A stretch of 64,000 nucleotides of DNA, taken from NCBI GenBank assembly GCA_040776805.1, contig JAXGZS010000001.1:413016-477015 (forward strand), read 5' to 3'. Below the pieces are notes generated by a model. It saw nothing but the letters and a program-made list of their open reading frames with translations, was not told the origin of the DNA and did no database searches. This document shows positions 45,248-54,220 of this stretch, one piece after another; within the stretch, counting starts at the first letter, position 1, and each line of letters starts with the position of its first letter. This stretch comes from Clostridiales bacterium (GTDB lineage: Bacteria; Bacillota; Dehalobacteriia; UBA7702). The position numbers and the translations under genes were made by a program.

Positions 45248-46846
45248 ATGGCAAAAGGAATGAAAGTATTGGTTGCGGAAAGAATTGCCGATGAGGGTAT
45301 TGCCGCCTTGGAGGAGGCAGGGCTTCAGGTAAATTTTAGTCCCAAAATATCCCGGGAAGAACTCCTCTCGATCATCGGCGAATATGACGCCCTGATCGTC
45401 CGCAGCGCAACCAAAGTGGACGAAGAATTATATGAACATGCTACCAACCTTAAAGTTGTCGGCCGTGCCGGTAACGGGGTGGATAATATAGATATGAACG
45501 GCGCCTCTAAAAGAGGGATCATCGTGGCGAATACTCCCGACGCCAATACCGTAACCACCGCGGAGCATACCATTGCTCTGATGCTCGCGTCCAACCGCAG
45601 AATTCCCCAGGCCGACGCGATGATTCACAGAAGAGAATGGGACCGGACAAAATTCAAAGGCGCCGAACTTTTCGGCAAGACTTTGGGTATCGTCGGTTTG
45701 GGGCGCATCGGTTCCAAGGTTTGCGTGCGCATGAAAGCCTTCGGTATGCGGGTCATCGCCTACGATCCTTATATTGCCGATGAACGCTTCGAACGTTTTG
45801 GCGCGGAAAAGAAGGATACCCTGATGGATCTTATGAAAGAGGTTGACTTCTTAACCATTCATACGCCGAAAACTTGGGAAACCATGGGTTTGGTGGGCAA
45901 AGAAGAATTTGCCGTGGCCAAAGACGGCCTGCGCATCGTTAACTGCGCCAGAGGCGGCCTCATCGATGAAGACGCCCTTTATGAAGCGCTGGAATCCGGT
46001 AAAGTCGCCGCCGCTGCCATCGACGTGTTAAAAGACGAACCCAATTTGACGTCGCCGCTTTTAAATAGCGATAAAGTGATCTTCACGCCCCATTTGGGCG
46101 CCGATACTTATGAAGCCCAACTGAACGTGGGCATCGCCGTGGCCCAGGAAGTCATTGACGTTTTAGACGGTAAAATGGTTCCCAACGCCGTGAATCTGCC
46201 GAGCTTGGGCGCCACCGAAATGGAAGGTCTTTTCGACTATCTGAAATTAGGGGAACGTTTGGGCAACCTTTATTACGGCATCTTCCAGGATCCCATCGAA
46301 TCCATGCAGATCACCTTCAGTGGCGAGGCCGCCAATTTTGATAAAAAGACCATCACCCTCGCGGTGTTGAAAGGCATTTTTGAGCCGGTCATGTCCGGCC
46401 GGGTGAACTACGTCAACGCCGGCGTCATTGCCGAAGAAGAGGGCATCGCCATCGCCACCGTGGAAAACGAAGGGGAAATCCGCTTCAATAATCTGCTCAA
46501 GGTCAAGATCAACGGCCACCAAGGTTCCCATACCTTTGCCGGTATGGTCACCGGTGAAAATGAGATCCGCATCAATCGCATCGACCATTATTTCTTCGAT
46601 ATCAAGCCCACCAAGAATATGATCTTCATTATCAATGAAGACAAGCCTGGCCGTATCGGTGAAGTCGGCGCCGTTGCCGGCAGCCTCGGTTTGAATATCG
46701 GTTCCATGCAGTGCGCTCCGGATAACAATGATACCGCCATGATCATTCTTTCCGTAGACAAAGAGCTCACCGAAGATGAAGTGAAGCAGTTTACCGATAT
46801 CGACGGCATCCTCTTGGCGAAATACGTGAAAATCTATAACGAATAA
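45248..46846 (+). CDS. serA: D-3-phosphoglycerate dehydrogenase with a C-terminal ACT domain
   Basis: The 2-hydroxyacid dehydrogenase fold (GIVGLGRIGSKV), catalytic residues and an ACT domain are present. GGAGG lies 9 nt upstream. A TTGCGT-17-TATAAT promoter is at about 45172-45200. Confidence 0.85.
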   Translation: MAKGMKVLVAERIADEGIAALEEAGLQVNFSPKISREELLSIIGEYDALIVRSATKVDEELYEHATNLKVVGRAGNGVDNIDMNGASKRGIIVANTPDANTVTTAEHTIALMLASNRRIPQADAMIHRREWDRTKFKGAELFGKTLGIVGLGRIGSKVCVRMKAFGMRVIAYDPYIADERFERFGAEKKDTLMDLMKEVDFLTIHTPKTWETMGLVGKEEFAVAKDGLRIVNCARGGLIDEDALYEALESGKVAAAAIDVLKDEPNLTSPLLNSDKVIFTPHLGADTYEAQLNVGIAVAQEVIDVLDGKMVPNAVNLPSLGATEMEGLFDYLKLGERLGNLYYGIFQDPIESMQITFSGEAANFDKKTITLAVLKGIFEPVMSGRVNYVNAGVIAEEEGIAIATVENEGEIRFNNLLKVKINGHQGSHTFAGMVTGENEIRINRIDHYFFDIKPTKNMIFIINEDKPGRIGEVGAVAGSLGLNIGSMQCAPDNNDTAMIILSVDKELTEDEVKQFTDIDGILLAKYVKIYNE

Positions 46847-46872
46847 GCTGCTGATTTGATTTTAATAAGGAA

Positions 46873-46903
46873 GAGAGCCGGGGCACATAGCGCCCCGGCT
46901 CTC
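46873..46903. terminator. Bidirectional terminator after serA (GAGAGCCGGGGC...GCCCCGGCTCTC)
   Basis: A 12-bp stem with T-rich tracts on both sides. Confidence 0.65.
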
Positions 46904-46930
46904 TTCTTGTTCTTCTTGTTCTTCTTGTTT
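46904..46930. repeat. 3 x 9-bp tandem repeat (TTCTTGTTC)
   Basis: Read directly after the terminator hairpin. Confidence 0.4.
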
Positions 46931-46940
46931 TCCGGCTGGT

Positions 46941-47450
46941 TTATTTTACCTTGATGTTGATCTTTTCTTCTTTTATGAGGTCGCCGTTGGTCTTTTCAAT
47001 GTAAATGCGCAACTGAGCGTCTACGGTGCCGTCGCTATTCTTTTTGATATCGTCGGGCAGATCATAGCTGACATCAGCGCTGTACTGATGATCGAGGTCG
47101 GCGATGAGGGAAGTATCTTCACCCAAAACCTTGTTGTCGTCTTTGGAAAGTACCTGAAGCTTGACCTTGTCGATTCCGGTGAGATCATCGGCGTCGACGG
47201 TACCGACAACTGCGATGGTGCCGCCTTCCACGGTATTACCTTCCGTGGGAGAGGTAACGGTGATTTTGATGTTTTCACCGTTTGTGGTTGTGGTATCCTC
47301 TTTCGTTGTGTTGTTGTCGGTGGTATCGGTGATTTCATCATTGGTGTCGTTTTTGGTGTTATTGTCCGTATTACCGCAGCCGACAAGAGCGAAAGCGCAA
47401 AAGACAACGACCAGCATCAACATGGTAATCTTTGAGCCGCGTTTAAACAT
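46941..47450 (-). CDS. Putative lipoprotein (signal peptide with an LVGC lipobox; Asn/Thr/Asp-rich low-complexity region followed by a beta-rich domain)
   Basis: The N-terminus MFKRGSKITMLMLVVVFCAFALVGCGN is a lipoprotein signal. AGGAGG lies 10 nt upstream. The gene is AT-richer than its surroundings. Confidence 0.65.
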   Translation of the reverse strand: MFKRGSKITMLMLVVVFCAFALVGCGNTDNNTKNDTNDEITDTTDNNTTKEDTTTTNGENIKITVTSPTEGNTVEGGTIAVVGTVDADDLTGIDKVKLQVLSKDDNKVLGEDTSLIADLDHQYSADVSYDLPDDIKKNSDGTVDAQLRIYIEKTNGDLIKEEKINIKVK

Positions 47451-47559
47451 AGTGGTAAACCTCCTAAATTTTTGTCTTTAGTAGTATTACCTGATTTCCC
47501 AAATATATACAATCTTCTTTTGCGGCAAAAAGGCAGTGTTAACGCAGTATTAACAAAAG

Positions 47560-47586
47560 AAATCCCGCCGAAAACCGGCGGGATTT
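47560..47586. terminator. Bidirectional terminator between sufB/D and the lipoprotein gene
   Basis: AAATCCCGCCGaaaaCCGGCGGGATTT. Confidence 0.6.
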
Positions 47587-47605
47587 ACGATGCAGATGGA
47601 GCTTT

Positions 47606-48529
47606 TTATTTCAGGAAACCTTTTAAGATGGTATCTTCGGCAGCTTCTTCGCTTAATCCTAAGGACATCAGTTTTAAGAGCTGATCCCCAGCGATTTTGC
47701 CGATGGCGGCTTCGTGGATCAGTTGGGCGTCGCTGTGTTCCGCCGTGACCATCGGCGCGGAGCTGACCTGGGCCTGATCCATGATGATGGAGTCGCATTG
47801 AATATGGCCGCGGCATTCGTTTTTGCCGATGAGGTTCATATGAAAATGCTGTTTGGAATTGTCTTTGGCCACAGAACGGGACATAATCCGGGCGGAAGAG
47901 TCCTTTCCGTTCAGGTTTACCTTGATGATGGATTCGGCATTCTGCACACCTTCGGTCATCAATCGTTCCGTGACGATCAGTCTGGCGCCGCCGGCTAAAT
48001 CCACATCGGTATCGCGGATGGTATCGTCAACTCCGGCAATCTGTACCATTTCCATTTCAACCTGGCTGTTTTCCGCCATATGGACTTTGGTGGTGGGGTT
48101 CAAGATCCGCTTGCCGCGGCCGCTGCCTTCGCCGAAATGCTTTTCCATGTATTTGACCCGGGCGTTTTTACCGATGAAAAATTCATGGATGCCGTTGTGA
48201 CCGGCATCGGCGTCACAGGCGTTATGGATACCACAGCCGGCAATGATGACCACGTCGGCGTCGTCGCCGATGTGAAAGGTATTGTAAACAAGATCTTTCA
48301 TTCCTTCGGCGCTTAAAATCACGGGGATATGCACTTGCTCTCCTTTGGTGCCGGGAGCAACGTTGATGTCAATGCCGGGCTGGTCTGTTTTAGGGATGAT
48401 CTGAATGTTTTTGGTGGATTGGCGGGAGATGCCTTTTCCGTTTCTTCTGATGTTGTAAGCGCCGAGTTTTGGAATATCGTCCATATCGGCGACGGCTTTC
48501 AGTAAAGCTTTATCGATGATATCAAGCAT
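47606..48529 (-). CDS. SufB/SufD-family Fe-S cluster assembly scaffold protein (short form)
   Basis: A 307-aa beta-helix SufBD-family protein. Its start is coupled to the sufC stop in a TAATG overlap. Confidence 0.75.
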   Translation of the reverse strand: MLDIIDKALLKAVADMDDIPKLGAYNIRRNGKGISRQSTKNIQIIPKTDQPGIDINVAPGTKGEQVHIPVILSAEGMKDLVYNTFHIGDDADVVIIAGCGIHNACDADAGHNGIHEFFIGKNARVKYMEKHFGEGSGRGKRILNPTTKVHMAENSQVEMEMVQIAGVDDTIRDTDVDLAGGARLIVTERLMTEGVQNAESIIKVNLNGKDSSARIMSRSVAKDNSKQHFHMNLIGKNECRGHIQCDSIIMDQAQVSSAPMVTAEHSDAQLIHEAAIGKIAGDQLLKLMSLGLSEEAAEDTILKGFLK

Positions 48530-49260
48530 TAGAAAGAAACCCCCCTTTCACATGTTTCACCGCAGCCGCAGCTTTCTTTCAAAGTGAGGCTGCCTAAAAA
48601 TGTATTTTTATCGGTAATTTCCCGCACTTCGCCGCCGTCGATGACGATGATTTCGTCGGCCAAATGCATGATCCGCTCCTGATGGGAGATGATCATCAAC
48701 GTCATATCGGATTGCCGATGCATTTTATCGAATGTTTCCGCCAGGCGCTGGAAGCTCCAAAGGTCAATACCGGCTTCCGGTTCGTCGAAGAGGGCCAACT
48801 TTAAATCGCGGGCCAAAATCGAAGCGATCTCAATGCGTTTGAGTTCGCCGCCGGATAGACCGGAATCCATTTCCCGGTTGATGTATTCCCCGGCGCAGAG
48901 GCCGACATCGAAAAGCAGCTGCATCGGGTTGATTTTATTCTCTCCCGCCGCCAAGGTCAGCAATTCACGAACGCTGATGCCTTTGAAAACAGGGGGCGCT
49001 TGAAACGCGTAACCGATTTGGAGTTTGGCCCGTTGGGTAATGGGCATATGGGTAATATCGACGCCGTCAAAGAGGATCTGGCCGGAGGAGGGGGCAATCA
49101 GTCCCATCACCAATTTGGCAAGGGTGCTTTTGCCGCCGCCATTGGGCCCTGTGACCACGTATAATTTATGATCATGCAATGTAAGGCTGACGTTTTTGAC
49201 GATATCGGTTTTTCCGTGGTTGTCTTCAACGGTCCAGCTCACATTTTTTAGTTCAAGCAT
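48529..49260 (-). CDS. sufC: Fe-S cluster assembly ATPase SufC with a short Cys-containing C-terminal tail
   Basis: MLELKNVSW...GPNGGGKST (Walker A) and the ABC signature are present. ATG 49260 follows AAGGAG by 8 nt. The tail reads ...KESCGCGETCERGVSF. Confidence 0.85.
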   Translation of the reverse strand: MLELKNVSWTVEDNHGKTDIVKNVSLTLHDHKLYVVTGPNGGGKSTLAKLVMGLIAPSSGQILFDGVDITHMPITQRAKLQIGYAFQAPPVFKGISVRELLTLAAGENKINPMQLLFDVGLCAGEYINREMDSGLSGGELKRIEIASILARDLKLALFDEPEAGIDLWSFQRLAETFDKMHRQSDMTLMIISHQERIMHLADEIIVIDGGEVREITDKNTFLGSLTLKESCGCGETCERGVSF

Positions 49261-49365
49261 GGAAAATGCTCCTTTCCCTAATCTATTTTTAAAGATAGCA
49301 TAATTCCTATTAAAATACAAGGTTTTGCATTTTTTTGGTTAAGAATTTGATATCTGTTGGAAAAT

Positions 49366-50604
49366 TTAGAAGTCCAGGGTGGCGAAGTAATCGTCGAGGG
49401 TTTCCGCGCGGCGGATCAGCTTGCTCTTTGTGCCTCCTTGCCAAAGTACTTCGGCGCTGCGCAGTTTTCCGTTGTAGTTGAAGCCCATGCAGTGGCCGTG
49501 GGCGCCGACGTCGTGAAAAACGAGGATATCACCGATTTCGAGCTTGGGCAGATAGCGGTCGATGGCGAATTTATCGTTGTTTTCGCAGAGGGAACCGACG
49601 ATATCGTATTTGTGATCGATATGCGCGTGTTCTTTGCCGATGACGGTGATATGATGATAGGCGTTATAAAGGGCGGGGCGCATCAAATTCGCCATGCTGG
49701 CGTCAACGCCGATATAGTCCTTGTAGGTTTCCTTTTTATGGAGCACTTTGGTTACCAGGTAGCCGTAGGGTCCTGTCATCAAACGGCCGCTTTCAAAGGC
49801 GATCTTGGCGGGGAAAAGGCCGCGGCCGACGATTTTTTCATCGTAGATTGCCTTGATTTCAGAAGCCAGCGCTTCATAGTTGATGGGCTTGTCCTCGGGA
49901 ATATAGGGGATGCCGAGACCGCCGCCTAAATTGATGATTTCGATATCGACGCCGACGATGACCTTGAGTTTGTAGACGAGGTCAAACATCATCCTGGCGG
50001 TTTCCAGGAAGTATTCGGGGTTCAGCTCATTGGATGCGACCATGGTATGAATGCCGAAGCGCTGAATCCCTTTTTCCTTCAAAATTTTATAGCCTTCGTA
50101 AATTTGATCTCTGGTGAAGCCGTACTTTGCTTCGATGGGATTACCGATGATGGCGTTTCCCGTACGCAAAGGACCGGGATTATAGCGGCAGGAAATCATC
50201 GCGGGGAGGCCGATATTTTCTTCGATGAAGGATATGTTGGTAATATCGTCAAGATTGATCACCGCTCCCAAAGCTTTTGCTTTGGCGAATTCTTCGATGG
50301 GCGCGTCGTTGGCGCTCATATAGATATTTTCCCCGGTGAAGCCGGTTCTCTCGGCAAGAACCAATTCCGCCATGGAGGAGCAGTCGACGCCGCAGCCCTC
50401 TTCTAAAAATATTTTCATCAGATGCGGATTCGGCGCCGCTTTCACGGCAAAATATTCCTGAAAGCCGGGAAAGATGGCAAAGGCCTGGTTGAAGCGACGA
50501 ATATTTTCGCGGATGCCCCTTTCGTCGTAGAGATAAAAAGGCGTGGGGTATTGCTCCATCAGTCTTTTTAAAACGTCGTTGTCAAAGGGTAATTTCTTTT
50601 TCAT
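49366..50604 (-). CDS. PLP-dependent fold-III decarboxylase, diaminopimelate decarboxylase-like
   Basis: The N-terminal YPTPFYLYDERGIRENIRRFNQAF and the FAVKA PLP-lysine motif fit the LysA family. It could alternatively be a carboxynorspermidine or ornithine decarboxylase family member. Confidence 0.6.
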   Translation of the reverse strand: MKKKLPFDNDVLKRLMEQYPTPFYLYDERGIRENIRRFNQAFAIFPGFQEYFAVKAAPNPHLMKIFLEEGCGVDCSSMAELVLAERTGFTGENIYMSANDAPIEEFAKAKALGAVINLDDITNISFIEENIGLPAMISCRYNPGPLRTGNAIIGNPIEAKYGFTRDQIYEGYKILKEKGIQRFGIHTMVASNELNPEYFLETARMMFDLVYKLKVIVGVDIEIINLGGGLGIPYIPEDKPINYEALASEIKAIYDEKIVGRGLFPAKIAFESGRLMTGPYGYLVTKVLHKKETYKDYIGVDASMANLMRPALYNAYHHITVIGKEHAHIDHKYDIVGSLCENNDKFAIDRYLPKLEIGDILVFHDVGAHGHCMGFNYNGKLRSAEVLWQGGTKSKLIRRAETLDDYFATLDF

Positions 50605-50744
50605 GAAAAATCTCCAAATTATTTTTAGTGAGTACCCTCATTTTATACGATGATATCCTAAAATGCAACATGAATTTTTCCGAAAAACCTGTATATCCCC
50701 TGTTTCGTCGGGAAACGCGGGGAAGCTTTGGTACAAAAAAAGTG

Positions 50745-50773
50745 TTGCGCGGGGTTTTTTGTTGTGCTATAAT
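50745..50773 (+). promoter_or_regulatory. sigma70-type promoter for tRNA-Leu (TTGCGC-17-TATAAT)
   Basis: The -10 box ends 10 nt before the tRNA 5' end. Confidence 0.5.
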
Positions 50774-50783
50774 AAGCAAAGTT

Positions 50784-50870
50784 GCCGAAGTGGTGGAATA
50801 GGCAGACACGCGGGACTTAAAATCCCGTGGTAGCGATACCGTACCGGTTCGACCCCGGTCTTCGGCACCA
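50784..50870 (+). tRNA. tRNA-Leu (anticodon UAA), class II with a long variable arm
   Basis: The acceptor stem is GCCGAAG/CTTCGGC, followed by ACCA. The anticodon stem CGGGA/UCCCG carries loop CUUAAAA, giving anticodon UAA. The length is 87 nt. Confidence 0.85.
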
Positions 50871-51009
50871 CAAACTTTGATACAATGAAAGTCACCTATC
50901 ATGGGTGGCTTTTATTGCGTCTATGAACCGAAAGACATTTAAATGTGAGGCTCTCCAAGCACGGGAGCCCCCATCCATCATCGCGTTTGCGGCGATCAAT
51001 ACAAAAAAA

Positions 51010-51048
51010 GGGCCGCAGGTTTCAGAATAGAACCTGCGGCCCTTTTTT
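51010..51048. terminator. Bidirectional terminator (GGGCCGCAGGTT...AACCTGCGGCCC followed by T6)
   Basis: Read directly from the sequence. Confidence 0.65.
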
Positions 51049-51062
51049 GTTCGTCTATTCAT

Positions 51063-51371
51063 TTATTCATTGAAATGCTTCATTGTTGCCAATACAATCC
51101 GGCGCTGCTCCTCTGTAAGCGTTCCCCATTGCAATAAGAGCTCCCGCTGGTCAGGGGCGAGAACCACGGGCTCGCCCTCATCGGCAAAAAACTGTGCCAT
51201 TGTCATACCAAATGCCCTACATATTGCATCTATAGTGGGAAATGTTGGGGCGTTATTTCTTTTGAATAGATGCGAAATTGTGGATTGCGGCAACTCTGCT
51301 TCTTTTGCGAGCTTGTATTCCGACCACCCACTTGCGTTCATCAATTGCTTGATGCGTTCTTGGATATCCAT
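51063..51371 (-). CDS. XRE-family helix-turn-helix transcriptional regulator (102 aa)
   Basis: MDIQERIKQLMNASGWSEYKLAKEAELPQSTISHLF contains a Cro/CI-type HTH. ATG 51371 follows AAGGGTGG. Confidence 0.7.
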   Translation of the reverse strand: MDIQERIKQLMNASGWSEYKLAKEAELPQSTISHLFKRNNAPTFPTIDAICRAFGMTMAQFFADEGEPVVLAPDQRELLLQWGTLTEEQRRIVLATMKHFNE

Positions 51372-51520
51372 TTCATTACCACCCTTCACGCTATTATTAT
51401 AATTGCAAGTGGGGCGATATGATTAGTTGCAATAGGTCTTTGTTATATGTCGATATAAGGCCATACTGAGTGAAGTGCGCAGGATGCGCGCAAATTCGAC
51501 AAAGAAAGAGGGAGTCATCA

Positions 51521-51781
51521 ATGAACGGGGAAAAAGGGTTTGAGCACATCTTCGAGGAGATTGTGGCACAGAACAATACCACGATGGAGGAAGTCCGCCG
51601 AGAAATGGAGGTTGCTATACGGATTGGATTCAATAATCCTGACCCAAAGATTCAGAAACAATGGGCCGAGATACCTCGTAAGGGTGACGTACCGACGCCT
51701 GACGAATTGATTACCTATGTTGTCCGTAGATCGAAGAAAGACGCCGCCGCTACGTTGCTTCGGCGTTATCTTTCATGGTGA
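51521..51781 (+). CDS. Stand-alone Spo0A-C-terminal-domain-like small protein (87 aa)
   Basis: ...VAQNNTTMEEVRREMEVAIRIGF...VPTPDELITYVVRRS resembles the B. subtilis Spo0A segment ...[22 protein letters not shown]...KPTNSEFIAMVADKL. The RBS is AGAGGGAG. The gene is divergent from the XRE gene. Confidence 0.5.
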   Translation: MNGEKGFEHIFEEIVAQNNTTMEEVRREMEVAIRIGFNNPDPKIQKQWAEIPRKGDVPTPDELITYVVRRSKKDAAATLLRRYLSW

Positions 51782-51919
51782 GAATATAGCCAAAAAGTAT
51801 TAAACTTTGTCACTTTAGAAAAACAAGAAATCAAAAAATCCGGCATTGCCGGATTTTTTGATTTCTGATTATGAAAAGCGCCAGCAATGCCGGCGCTTTT
51901 ACATGCAAAATAGTTTATT

Positions 51920-52384
51920 TCATTCAAAGGCGTTTTCTTCTATGGCGGGAGGCGTCGATAAACATTCTTTTTTCTGTGGCTTACCGTCTTTCACCCATGT
52001 CAGCGCCGTGGCTACGGTTTTTACCAGATAGGCGAAGAGCAGGAGGACCGGAACATTGACGCCGGAAAAGAACCGATGTGAGAATGTCATCACCGAAACG
52101 TTGCCTTCCAGTGCGCTTAGGGGCAGTGAGAAAAAGGCCAGATATAGCAGGGGAATCACCAATACCGCAAGTTCCTTTTTAGCATACCTGCTTTGATATA
52201 GGTAGAATAGATAAACGGCGATAGCACCGTATAGCAGGATTCTGACCCAATACTGCCAATCGGAAAAAGTAGGCAAATAATGATCGGTAAAACGATACGA
52301 AGCGTGGTATAAGACCCAGACCGCGCCTTTTATGAACAGCAATGGCATGATCAGCGTGATGACCCATTTCAGTATTTTTCTCAT
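51920..52384 (-). CDS. Hypothetical membrane protein (4 predicted TM helices)
   Basis: A hydrophobic 154-aa ORF. Confidence 0.5.
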   Translation of the reverse strand: MRKILKWVITLIMPLLFIKGAVWVLYHASYRFTDHYLPTFSDWQYWVRILLYGAIAVYLFYLYQSRYAKKELAVLVIPLLYLAFFSLPLSALEGNVSVMTFSHRFFSGVNVPVLLLFAYLVKTVATALTWVKDGKPQKKECLSTPPAIEENAFE

Positions 52385-52656
52385 AACAATTTTCCTTATA
52401 TCACTATATTATTACGGAGCGCCTTGTACTGCAATACGTGCTTGTAAATTCCACGCTCTGCTGCTCTTGTTATGATCTTTTTTGTTTTATTTTATAATAT
52501 ATCATGCGTAAACTGCCATGTCAAGCATGAATACGAATATTTGTGTAAAGGTTTCTTTTCCAGGTATGTTTTGACAATCTTCTTTTGGCCTGATCTTGGT
52601 TTTTGGCGCTAAAAAAGAGCGTTTCCAAAATGAAACTTTGGGAACGCTCTCTTTTT

Positions 52657-53421
52657 TTATTCGACATGATATTTTTGCTTTTGGTCGTTTACCATCGCGA
52701 GAATGGTTGGAATCTCATCTCGCATCAGTTGATCGTAAAATCCCGTGTAGCAGTAGGTAAGATCACCGATGTCTTTTTTCTCAATGACTTCGGCGTATCT
52801 TTTTAGCTTTTCGAAGCAGTTTTCATAAGCATGGAAAGAGTAGGCGATATGGGTATAGGAACCCACGGGAACGCCGAGTTCCGCGGCGACTTTTTTCAGC
52901 AGAAAAATGAAACCCACGGCGTTCATGTAAGTGGCCTGAACCGCGTCGTTGGAGCGCATCATCACCGTCATGTTTAATTTTTTGTCACGGATTGCAAAGT
53001 GGATGGATTGGAGGCAAGCCGGATGTTCGTTGCTGGTGTCCACAGAAAAATCGCGGATATTCATAATGGCCCGGCGGGAAAAGGGATTTCTTTTCAGCTC
53101 TTCGATCAGCCAGGGTAATTGATCGGCAAAGCGCTGGTGGTATGTGTATTCCCAAACGTTTTCCGCGGCGGAGACCATGAAGTCGAGAATACCGTCGCAG
53201 ATTTCCATGATATATTGCTGTAGTTCGTGGTGACCGCCGGGAAAAAGCCGGGAAATAAAAGGTTCTTTGTCCGCCTGTTCCACATAGAACGTCAGGGGGA
53301 GTTCTTTCATTGTGGTATTGTAGTCGGGGCAAGGATAAATTTGGCCATTTTTTTCCAAGGCGTACAGAGCCTTGTGATAGGCTTCGGGAAGGGTTTCTCC
53401 CTCAACATGGAACATCTTCAT
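52657..53421 (-). CDS. Divergent thymidylate-synthase-family (ThyA-fold) protein
   Basis: The C-terminal half aligns to ThyA: SRRAIM matches SRRIIV; HPACLQSIHF sits at the catalytic-Cys position; MMRSNDAVQ matches the LYQRSCDVF R-S-D triad; YMNAVGF retains the Asn; YTHIAY matches GDTHLY. The N-terminal half is strongly divergent. Its own promoter is TTGTAA-17-TAGAAT. Confidence 0.6.
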   Translation of the reverse strand: MKMFHVEGETLPEAYHKALYALEKNGQIYPCPDYNTTMKELPLTFYVEQADKEPFISRLFPGGHHELQQYIMEICDGILDFMVSAAENVWEYTYHQRFADQLPWLIEELKRNPFSRRAIMNIRDFSVDTSNEHPACLQSIHFAIRDKKLNMTVMMRSNDAVQATYMNAVGFIFLLKKVAAELGVPVGSYTHIAYSFHAYENCFEKLKRYAEVIEKKDIGDLTYCYTGFYDQLMRDEIPTILAMVNDQKQKYHVE

Positions 53422-54220
53422 ACCGCTTCTCCTTTGGCTTTAAATTACTAAAATTCTAACACAATTTGATGATTGTTACAAGGTTATGATTGTTTTTTTG
53501 CTCTGAATAGTGTATATTAAATTAGGTGGAAAATAAAAAGGATCTGTAAAAAATAGTAAACTGCCGGTCATAACTACGTGACGGCCTTGTCGACCCAGGT
53601 TTCGTCATGGCGGAGAGACGGCGTTTCCCCCATCCATGAAAGAAGTATCGTTCCTGATATTTAAAGGAACGGCGGCGATATTTGGCGTTTTCCCGCGAAG
53701 ATCAGCGCCGCGGCACGTTTGCCGCCGGTCTGAGTCTTTGATTTTCACAGCCATTTACGGGAAACCTGAGTTATGTTAAAATTGTTGAAAATGAGACAAA
53801 ATAAGTCGCGAAGAGTGTTTATGGCTGGAAACGATCGTATACGGAGTTTTATCGATGGGTTGTAACGAAATAAGCGGACGGATCCGATCCACTCCTATCG
53901 TCGTGATGATCCCTGCCGCCTGCCGTCGTCTTCGTCCAGAGAAACGGTTTCCCCGGACTATTTTTCAACGGGAACTTTGGGAACGTTGTTTCAGCGATGA
54001 GCGGTCAGCGCATGTTATTGCTTTGATGACAAGAAAAGGCTACCTTGAACCGGGGGAGGATGCAATGCTTCGCCGGGTGAAATGCTGTTGGGCCGATCTT
54101 GCGAAAGTATGGATAGAGAGTCGTCTATAGAGTGAGTATATCATAACGGGGGCGTCATCGTGAGAGGCTGCTTTTCCCCTGAAAAATAGGCTATGTATGT
54201 TGGAAAGAGGAGGATTGATT

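Noticed and set aside
50605-50744. Lysine riboswitch (L-box) upstream of the lysA-like gene
   Set aside because: The 140-nt leader is too short and shows none of the conserved L-box blocks. Only a small GC hairpin is present.
50871-53421. Integrated prophage or genomic island at tRNA-Leu
   Set aside because: No integrase, recombinase, phage structural genes or recognisable duplicated att site were seen. There is only a small accessory-looking patch, reported as findings.
53855-54130. 91-aa ORF in the 780-bp gap
   Set aside because: No RBS, an unusual composition, and overlap with an equally poor antisense ORF. It was treated as non-coding or decayed DNA.
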